Below are positions 11,222 through 18,295 of a DNA stretch of 64,000 nucleotides, in pieces. Source of the stretch: a virus. The stretch covers positions 1-64,000 of IMG/VR virus record IMGVR_UViG_3300044981_000350, one strand, 5' to 3'. The notes beneath the pieces were generated by a model that worked only from the letters and a program-made list of their open reading frames with translations, made no database searches and was not told where the DNA came from. The translations under genes were made by a program, and so were the position numbers. The stretch's first letter is position 1; every line of letters begins with the position of its first letter.

Positions 11222-12640
11222 GTGGCTAAGGCCCCGCCGAAGGCGCAGAAACCCACCGGCCCCAAAGCTTCGAGCTTTGTGGATTGGCAGGATCTTCTCA
11301 TCCGAACCAAGCGAGGGGAGCCCGTCTCGTGCTCGTTGAACGTTCAGATCGCACTCGAGAACGACCCCCAGTGGGCGGGCCTCTTCGCATACAACACCTT
11401 CGTCGGTGAGATCGAGGCACTACGGGAACCGCCGTGGCCCCGCAGCCTTCAGCCGGGCGAGGCGCCTACCAAAACCGAGGTCCGGCGGTACTGGACCGAG
11501 GAAGACAACATCCGGCTCGCGATGTGGCTCACCGAGCGGTTGCGGATCCCGATCGGCAAGAACGAGGTACGTGATGCCCTCATCATCCTCGCGCGGCAAC
11601 GGCCCTTCCACCCGGTCCATGAGTGGCTCGAGGGACTCAAGTGGGATGGGAAGGAACGGCTCGGGGGCTTCCTGATACGCCACGCCGGGGTGGTCGATGA
11701 GCACGTGATCCGATCCGTCACCGCGAAGTGGATGATCGGCCTCGTGAAGCGGATCTACGAGCCCGGGTGCATCTTCCGCATGGTGTTGATCTTGGAGGGT
11801 GAACAGGACACACGGAAGTCATCCGCGCTCGAAGCCTTGGTGCCGAACCGCGAGTGGTTCATGGCCTTCACCGCCAACATGGCCGACAAGGATGCCTACC
11901 AGGTTTTGCGGGGGGCTTGGCTCGTCGAGTTGGCCGAGCTCGACTCCCTCAACAAAACCGGCACCAGCGCGATCAAAGGGTTCATCTCCAACCCCACCGA
12001 CAAGTACCGACCGAGCTACGGCAAAGGGCCGATCCTATTCCCCCGCCAGTGCGGCTTCGGGGGCACCACGAACGAGCACGACTACCTGAAGGATATGACG
12101 GGGAACACGCGCTTCTACCCCGTCACGATCACCCGGGCGGTGAACGTGGAGGCGATCGTGAAAGAGCGAGATCAGCTCTGGGCCGAGGCCGTGGCTCGCT
12201 ACAAAAAGGGGGAGCCCTGTTACATCACCGACGCTGGGGTGAAGAAGAAGCTCGCTGACCGCGTCGAGGAGCGACGGCAGATCCACCCCTGGGAGGAGGA
12301 GGTAGCGAAGTGGCTCGCGAAGCTACCACCCCCGCGGCGGAAGGGAGGCATCACCGTCAACGACATCTTGAAGGGGGCCCTCCAGAAGCACACCGCCGAC
12401 TTCAAACAGGGGGATACCCAGACGATCGCGGCGATTCTACGGACCCTCGGGTGGACGAAGGATGGCCGAAAAGAGAGCCTCCGCCCCGACGGAAAGCGCG
12501 ACTACCTGTACTTCGCACCGCCAGCGGCCGCGGGTTCGGGGTTGCGGGTCGTAACCCCGTTGGGGCGTTTAGCCGAGAAAAATCTAGACACCCAAGACAG
12601 CCCTAGACGAACGAATGGTCGAAATCCGGCCGAAAACTGA
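11222..12640 (+). CDS. VapE/VirE-family replicative P-loop ATPase/helicase
   Basis: FHPVHEWLEGLKWDG, LEGEQDTRKSS (Walker A variant), WLVELAELD, DKYRPSYG...FPRQC..GTTN...YLKDMTGNTRFYP. Confidence 0.9.
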   Translation: MAKAPPKAQKPTGPKASSFVDWQDLLIRTKRGEPVSCSLNVQIALENDPQWAGLFAYNTFVGEIEALREPPWPRSLQPGEAPTKTEVRRYWTEEDNIRLAMWLTERLRIPIGKNEVRDALIILARQRPFHPVHEWLEGLKWDGKERLGGFLIRHAGVVDEHVIRSVTAKWMIGLVKRIYEPGCIFRMVLILEGEQDTRKSSALEALVPNREWFMAFTANMADKDAYQVLRGAWLVELAELDSLNKTGTSAIKGFISNPTDKYRPSYGKGPILFPRQCGFGGTTNEHDYLKDMTGNTRFYPVTITRAVNVEAIVKERDQLWAEAVARYKKGEPCYITDAGVKKKLADRVEERRQIHPWEEEVAKWLAKLPPPRRKGGITVNDILKGALQKHTADFKQGDTQTIAAILRTLGWTKDGRKESLRPDGKRDYLYFAPPAAAGSGLRVVTPLGRLAEKNLDTQDSPRRTNGRNPAEN

Positions 12641-12833
12641 TGCTCTGTCTAGAGTCTAGGGTGTCTAAGGTGTTTATAGAAACTATTCCAAGAGACATAG
12701 GTGGTGGGGGTGGTGGTGTGTTCTGGGGAGCTCCAGCCCGAAATCGCCTAGACAGCTAGACAAGTTAGACTCGTGAATCATCTCGCGTAGTTACAACGAA
12801 AATGGGGTTAGACACCCCCAAGACACCCTAGAC
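12584..12833. repeat. Iteron-like repeats, putative replication origin
   Basis: Four triplets of YWAGAC (one triplet inverted) at the 3' end of and downstream of the VapE-type gene. Confidence 0.65.
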
Positions 12834-12853
12834 CAACGGTAGAGGAATAAAAC

Positions 12854-13207
12854 ATGGGGATCATTGAAGAAATCGAAAAATGGCTCGAAGGCCGGGGGCA
12901 GTGGTGGTCCCCCGAAGGGAAGAACCTGTTGATCCGAGCGGTGGCGCGCCTCCGCGAGCTCGAAGGAGCCGCCCACAAACCGGAGGGGCCGAGCGCATCG
13001 AGCGTCTTTTTGGACCTCACCAAAGTGGTGGTCGATCTACGGAAGCGGATCGAAGCGCTTGAGGCCCGCGAGGAAGCGCGGGGCGGGGCGCGGGCCGCCG
13101 AGGAGGTGCGTAGGCCCATGCCGAAGGCGCAACCGACATGCCCCGGGGCCCGCGAATTCCGGTCGGACCTCGACGATGACATGCGCTATGAAAGCGTCGC
13201 CGAATGA
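12854..13207 (+). CDS. Hypothetical coiled-coil protein
   Basis: GAGGA RBS; fits operon. Confidence 0.65.
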   Translation: MGIIEEIEKWLEGRGQWWSPEGKNLLIRAVARLRELEGAAHKPEGPSASSVFLDLTKVVVDLRKRIEALEAREEARGGARAAEEVRRPMPKAQPTCPGAREFRSDLDDDMRYESVAE

Positions 13208-13395
13208 CTACGCCCCTCGACCTCCACACCGCTTACTTGAACTACCGGGCCCTCCTCGCTCGTGAGCAATGTCGGATCTGCGGTCGTACGCAAGATGTCG
13301 ACGTGCACTTCCCGCCGAGCGACTTAGGGGCTCCGGCGGAGCTCCGAGTGCGGTGCCCGGAGCACGTCAACAGCCCGATGCCGAAGGCGCCTTGA
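13204..13395 (+). CDS. Small Zn-finger protein
   Basis: CRIC...CPEH; ATGA overlap. Confidence 0.55.
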   Translation: MTTPLDLHTAYLNYRALLAREQCRICGRTQDVDVHFPPSDLGAPAELRVRCPEHVNSPMPKAP

Positions 13396-13420
13396 CGCCC
13401 CGCCCGTCTCAAAGTAGTCT
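13392..13420 (+). promoter_or_regulatory. Sigma70-like promoter
   Basis: TTGACG-17 nt-TAGTCT. Confidence 0.5.
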
Positions 13421-13629
13421 CAATTCCAGACGCTCGACGTTCCTTTCCCCGGGAGACTTCGGCGGCTCGCTCGACACCCCCCACGCCTCGCCGCCTGGGG
13501 GGTGTTGCCTTTTGAGCCCTATTGAGGCGCTTCCCGCTTGCGCAGCCATAACCGGGCGGTACCATAAACCCCGATGCATCGTTGGGGTTGGGTTCTCATC
13601 GTGGCCCGTTGGTTCGGTTGGCGCCCCTG

Positions 13630-13863
13630 ATGCGCGGGTTGACCGCCCTCGAAGCCGAGGTGTTGGCCCTCGCAGCATCGCCCCCGACGATTCGGGTCAT
13701 CGCCGACCGCGACCAACGGGTTGCCGCGGAGGCCCTCGTAGCCGCCGGACGTGCCTACTTCGTGCCGGCCCCCGAATATGGGGCGAACGCCCGGCGGTTA
13801 TTTCCGACCGCCGAGGGGCGGGTGGCGCTCATGATCCATCGGTTCCTTCGGGTCGAGGCCTAG
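13630..13863 (+). CDS. Hypothetical protein
   Basis: LTALEAEVL...TAEGRVAL, similar in pattern to the 7776 gene. Confidence 0.45.
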   Translation: MRGLTALEAEVLALAASPPTIRVIADRDQRVAAEALVAAGRAYFVPAPEYGANARRLFPTAEGRVALMIHRFLRVEA

Positions 13864-13960
13864 GTGGTTGAACACCCCGGGGCCCTATTCGTGCTGATCC
13901 TGACGATTGCCGTTTGGGTCGCCGTCATGGCGATCCCCACCGAGAAAGATTGAGGGCCCC

Positions 13961-14236
13961 ATGGGTGATACCGACCAGACGAAGAAAAAGCCCGAGCCGG
14001 TCATCCCGATCGGCCCCATCACCGCCTGCATCGCGGCAGCGCAGCATCGGCTTTCGGTGAGTAAGTGCGGTCGGTCGGTCGAGAAGGAATTTATCTTCAC
14101 CGACGCCGACTACGCGGTGGGGGCTTACGACCGGGCGGTGCGGAACATCCCCCCGACGGCGTTGGCCGCATGCCCTGACTGCATCAAGGTGCGGCGTCGT
14201 GAGGTTGAAGAGGATTCGACCAGCCGTGCAAAATAG
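13961..14236 (+). CDS. Hypothetical Zn-binding protein
   Basis: GAGGG RBS; CG...CPDC. Confidence 0.5.
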   Translation: MGDTDQTKKKPEPVIPIGPITACIAAAQHRLSVSKCGRSVEKEFIFTDADYAVGAYDRAVRNIPPTALAACPDCIKVRRREVEEDSTSRAK

Positions 14237-14720
14237 TTGGTGGCTCGCCGGCCTGGGGCTGTTGATGGTAGGGTGCATGCCCGCAGCCCCGGCCACCGCC
14301 TACCGGGTTTGCTTCTCCTCGAATTTTACCCCCGCCGAAATCGAAGCCGGGCTTGGTGCCGTCGACGATTGGGTTTGGAACATCCCAGAATTGAAAATGC
14401 AAGCGGTAACCGGTGGTGAATGCCCCCTCGAGAACGCCGGGGGCCCGGTCATCGACGTAGCCCCCGGCGCTCTCAACGAAGGCACCGGCGGCCTGACCTA
14501 CTACTACCGGAACTACGACCGTGAATTTGCTACCGTGACGATCGATACGTGGCTCGAGGGGCAACCCGGGTTCACGTTGCAACAGGTGTTCGCTCACGAG
14601 TTCGGGCATGGCATGGGGTTGGCGCACACCGGGCCCGGCACGATCATGTGCTGGTCGACCGCATGCCAATCGCCGGGGGTTACCATTGGGGATGTCGCGC
14701 AGTGGCGGTCGATTCGTTGA
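14226..14720 (+). CDS. Metzincin (matrixin-like) metalloprotease lipoprotein
   Basis: HEFGHGMGLAH with Met-turn TIM; lipobox-like LLMVGC. Confidence 0.85.
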   Translation: MQNSWWLAGLGLLMVGCMPAAPATAYRVCFSSNFTPAEIEAGLGAVDDWVWNIPELKMQAVTGGECPLENAGGPVIDVAPGALNEGTGGLTYYYRNYDREFATVTIDTWLEGQPGFTLQQVFAHEFGHGMGLAHTGPGTIMCWSTACQSPGVTIGDVAQWRSIR

Positions 14721-14738
14721 GGCGTTGCGTTTTTCTAC

Positions 14739-14767
14739 TTGCGCCCGCTAGGGTGATGGTTTAGCTT
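14739..14767 (+). promoter_or_regulatory. Sigma70-like promoter for the recombination operon
   Basis: TTGCGC-17 nt-TAGCTT in intergenic DNA. Confidence 0.45.
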
Positions 14768-14867
14768 CACATCTCACCGGCGGGGATGGAACCCCGCACG
14801 AAGGCCGCCAAACACGCCGCCTTGGTTTCTTTGAGCGAGCCACCGAAAAGTCACCGGAGGAATCGAG

Positions 14868-15020
14868 ATGCCGAAGGATAAGGCGAAGTTCGTTCAGATC
14901 ATGGCCGACGACGGGAGCTTGTTCGCTCTCGATTCAGATGGCCGAGTGTGGGAACTCGACGGCGAGGAGGATTGTTGGTGCCCGCTCACCGACAAGCGCG
15001 AAACCGACGGGGATAACTGA
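14868..15020 (+). CDS. 50-aa hypothetical protein (below the ORF track cutoff)
   Basis: GGAGG RBS; MPKDKAKFVQIMADDGSLFALDSDGRVWEL...; TGATG overlap with next gene. Confidence 0.6.
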   Translation: MPKDKAKFVQIMADDGSLFALDSDGRVWELDGEEDCWCPLTDKRETDGDN

Positions 15021-15829
15021 TGCCCGTCTCCGCCACCGCCCTCGAGTTCGACACGCATCTTCGGATGCTGCTGATGTCCCCTCCGAAGGTCGGCAAATCG
15101 ACCCACGTCATCTCCACGAGCCCGGGCCCCGTGCGGGTTCTGCTCTGCGAATCCGACACCGCCCTCCGCGGGGCCCAACGGGAGTCGAAAAACTTCGACT
15201 TCGAGCGCATCACCGGGTGGGATTCGATGATGAAAGCCGTCGTCGAGGCCAAACGGGATGCGAAGGCCGGCGCCATCAAAACCGTGGTGGTTGACCCCAT
15301 CACCACCTTCGCCGATCGGCTCCTCGCCGAGTGCGTGCATGCGACCCTCACCAAGGAGGGGAACGAAGATGGGCGTAAGGCCCATCCCGAGTTCACCAAG
15401 CGGATCGTGCATCTCGTCGACCTCCTCATGACGATCCCGGCCCACCTCGTCGTGATCGCCCACCACATGGAGACCGGCGGTGACGACGATGGGAAGAAGC
15501 TCGGCATGGGGTTGGTACCGCTCATGCCCAACACCGCCTCCCGTACGAAGCTCGGTGCCATGTTTTACGACGTCGTATGGATGGACATCGCCAAGGCGGG
15601 GCAACCCGAGTACCGCGGCCGCACGTTCGTGACGGGGCCTGATGGCTGTTGGGGCCCCGGATGCAGAAGCTTGGCGGTCAACGACAAGCTGCCGGCCCAT
15701 ATCGGGGAATTCATCAAGGCGATGAAGGCGGGGGAGACCGGGGCTGCGAAGAAGATAAACGGGGCCGCGTCGACGACGGGGAAACCATTCACGGCGTCAT
15801 CCAAGCCGCAAGCGCAGGTGCGCCGATGA
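15020..15829 (+). CDS. Sak4-like AAA_24 ATPase (phage recombinase)
   Basis: SPPKVGKS Walker A, VVVDPIT Walker B, VIAH; SSB-like gene nearby. Confidence 0.8.
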   Translation: MPVSATALEFDTHLRMLLMSPPKVGKSTHVISTSPGPVRVLLCESDTALRGAQRESKNFDFERITGWDSMMKAVVEAKRDAKAGAIKTVVVDPITTFADRLLAECVHATLTKEGNEDGRKAHPEFTKRIVHLVDLLMTIPAHLVVIAHHMETGGDDDGKKLGMGLVPLMPNTASRTKLGAMFYDVVWMDIAKAGQPEYRGRTFVTGPDGCWGPGCRSLAVNDKLPAHIGEFIKAMKAGETGAAKKINGAASTTGKPFTASSKPQAQVRR

Positions 15830-16020
15830 AGATCATCATCGAAGGCAAGCAGGGTGAAGGCAAGAGCCGCCTCGCTTCTCACGTCGCGGCGGCGCTCATG
15901 ACGATGGGCTTCACCGTTCACCTCTACGACCGTGAGTCGGAAGGAAATGGAGACCCCGTGAGATCAGGGCCGGCCATCAACAAGAAGTTCGCCCGAATCT
16001 TCGTAAGGCAAACACCATGA
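15826..16020 (+). CDS. 64-aa P-loop-containing peptide
   Basis: IIIEGKQGEGKS; ATGA overlaps both sides. Confidence 0.55.
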   Translation: MKIIIEGKQGEGKSRLASHVAAALMTMGFTVHLYDRESEGNGDPVRSGPAINKKFARIFVRQTP

Positions 16021-16364
16021 ACCGCTGGCAACACTTCTACGATCTCGCCGCCGCTCAACTCGCGGTCACCTACGCCCAAACCCGCAACTTCGACGTCGCC
16101 GAGAAAATCGCGGCGGCGAAACGGATGGCGGCCGATGCGAAGGCGTTTGCGGATGCTTTCAAACAGGTCGAGGAGGCAGCCTTCGATCCGGAAGCTACTG
16201 AGGAGCAAGCAACTGAGCGGCTTCGGCGTCAGTTGGGGTTACCTCCGAGCCTCGTGCCGGTGACGAGTTCACTCCACGGCCCTAAACTCGCGGGTGTCAT
16301 TCCCGTCGATGAGCCTCTCGGTGAGGCATCTCGCACCGCCACCCTTATCGCCGGCGACGACTAA
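16017..16364 (+). CDS. Hypothetical protein
   Basis: Operon fit. Confidence 0.55.
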   Translation: MNRWQHFYDLAAAQLAVTYAQTRNFDVAEKIAAAKRMAADAKAFADAFKQVEEAAFDPEATEEQATERLRRQLGLPPSLVPVTSSLHGPKLAGVIPVDEPLGEASRTATLIAGDD

Positions 16365-16447
16365 AAACTTTGGCGAGATGCTTCGGCCATCGCCAGAGCC
16401 ACTGCAACGAAAACGCATCCATCATCAGGAACACACACCAAACACCA

Positions 16448-17050
16448 ATGACCCAGACTCAGAACCACCAGAACAGCGGCGGCACCTACGCGGGCGCCAA
16501 CTTCGAGCCCATGTCCTACGACGTCGAGGAGATCCAACCGGACGCCTACGACGGCGAGTACGAGGCGACGATCGAGAAGGTCGCCTTCAAGGGTACGAAG
16601 AGTAAGAACCAGCCGATGATCGAGCTCACGTGGAAACTCACCGGAACCGAAGACGATTCCGAGAACTGCCAGAAGAGCATCGGCGCCCAGGTCCGCGACT
16701 GGATCGTTCTCGCGAACGACCGGTCGGGGAACCGCGGCAAGGTCAAGCTCCGCGTCCTCCGGGACACACTCGGGTTGGATCCCGACGTGCTCCCGACCCA
16801 GATCAGCTCATTCGATGACCTCGCGGAGCTCGGCAACGCGCTCAAGGGCCAGTCGATGAAGGTCTGGATCTCGACCAACATGGACCCCGACGGCAACGTC
16901 CGGACGAACATCAACTACGCGGCCCCGCGCGGCGCGTCGACGATGGCTCCGATGGGCGACGAAGAGGCCGAAGTCGAGGAGAAGCCGGCCCCCAAGGCGG
17001 CCAAGGCGAAGCCCGGGCTCCCGAAGGCCGCCAAGGGCGCTCGCCGCTAA
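16448..17050 (+). CDS. DUF669-like single-stranded DNA-binding protein
   Basis: DGEYEATIEKV...KSKNQPMIELTWKL OB-fold pattern; acidic then basic tail; near Sak4-like gene. Confidence 0.7.
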   Translation: MTQTQNHQNSGGTYAGANFEPMSYDVEEIQPDAYDGEYEATIEKVAFKGTKSKNQPMIELTWKLTGTEDDSENCQKSIGAQVRDWIVLANDRSGNRGKVKLRVLRDTLGLDPDVLPTQISSFDDLAELGNALKGQSMKVWISTNMDPDGNVRTNINYAAPRGASTMAPMGDEEAEVEEKPAPKAAKAKPGLPKAAKGARR

Positions 17051-17170
17051 GAATTCGGGGGCCTGTTATTGTGCGCTGCGCGCTTCCGCAAACCCCGCAG
17101 CCAACCAATCGGGCCAACGATGCCTGCTCCTCCCTCCAGGCGCGAATGAGGGGGGCCCCTTCGGGGGTTT

Positions 17171-17223
17171 GGGATCTGGGTTTGAAGGCCCGGCGCCGCG
17201 TTCGACTCCGGCAGATCCCTCCG
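17171..17223 (+). ncRNA. Possible tRNA-like mini-structure
   Basis: GGGATCTG/CAGATCCC stem enclosing a small hairpin and a G-TTCGACT-C T-loop-like arm. Confidence 0.25.
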
Positions 17224-17252
17224 ACGATTGCGCTTTCAACCAAGGAATTTCC

Positions 17253-17585
17253 ATGCCCAAAGGATTCGGTTCGCTCACCCCCGAACGTCGCCGCGAGATT
17301 TCATCCGCCGGCGGTAAAGCCGCCCACGCCGCGGGTACGGCCCATCGCTTCTCGAGCCAAGAGGCGAAGGCCGCCGGGCGGATCGGTGGGTTGAAGGCAC
17401 GGAAGCGCCAGTTAGCGCTTGATGCCTTGGCGACGCCGCCGGTCACCTACGCGGATTGTCCGGCGACCGAGCCGCCGCCTCCAGCCGCTCCGACGGAGCC
17501 CGCGCCAGCCCCGGCCGATCCGCAAGCGGCGCTCGATGCCGCCGAGATCCAACACGTTTACGATGAGGCGACGGCCCGATCATGA
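17253..17585 (+). CDS. KGG-motif stress-protein family member (YciG/GsiB-like)
   Basis: GFGSLTPERRREISSAGGKAAH...EAKAAGRIGG; AAGGA RBS. Confidence 0.8.
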   Translation: MPKGFGSLTPERRREISSAGGKAAHAAGTAHRFSSQEAKAAGRIGGLKARKRQLALDALATPPVTYADCPATEPPPPAAPTEPAPAPADPQAALDAAEIQHVYDEATARS

Positions 17586-18190
17586 GGACGGATACCCTCG
17601 TGGGGATTCAAGATGATCGGCCGACACCGCCGGTGCCCTACCCGGCCGCGCGGGGCCAATCTCGGCGCGGCGACCGCATCGTCACGGCCTCCGGGGTTGC
17701 CTTCTGGCCGCTCGATCCACTGCCCGCCGAGATTCGGTTGAGTGATATCGCATCGGCCCTCTCGAAGTTGTGCCGCTTCGGGGGCCACATCGAAGGTGAT
17801 GTTGCCTACTCCGTCGCGCAGCACTCGGTGTTGGTGGCTCTCTCGTTGCCGCAACACCTTCGAGCGCAGGGGCTTCTCCACGATGCTGCCGAAGCCTATC
17901 TTGTCGATGTACCGAGGCCCATCAAGAAGTACCTCGTGAACTACGAGGTGATCGAGGCACGGCTCGCGGCGGCCATCGGGGATCGCTTCGGGTTGGAGCT
18001 CTGCGAGCTTCCACCTGAGGTCAAGCTGGCGGATGAACGAGCGCTCATGACCGAGAAACGCGACTTGCTCGTGCCGCCGCCGTTCAAGTGGGGCAACGCC
18101 GAGCCGTGGAAAGCCCGGATCCAACCGTGGTCACCGGCGGAGGCGCGCAAGGCGTTTTTGGGGCTCGCCGGAAAGTTAGGGTTGCGGTGA
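17582..18190 (+). CDS. HD-domain 5'-deoxynucleotidase (YfbR-like)
   Basis: RFGGH, YSVAQHS, LLHDAAEAY..D, KLAD. Confidence 0.85.
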   Translation: MRTDTLVGIQDDRPTPPVPYPAARGQSRRGDRIVTASGVAFWPLDPLPAEIRLSDIASALSKLCRFGGHIEGDVAYSVAQHSVLVALSLPQHLRAQGLLHDAAEAYLVDVPRPIKKYLVNYEVIEARLAAAIGDRFGLELCELPPEVKLADERALMTEKRDLLVPPPFKWGNAEPWKARIQPWSPAEARKAFLGLAGKLGLR

Positions 18191-18295
18191 GCAACCGGAT
18201 TTTCTACATCTGGCTTACGGTCGGGTGGATCCTCGCTTTCGGAGCGGTCGCTTTCGGTCAGACGAAGCCGGCGTCGGCCCCCTGCCCGTTCCCGC

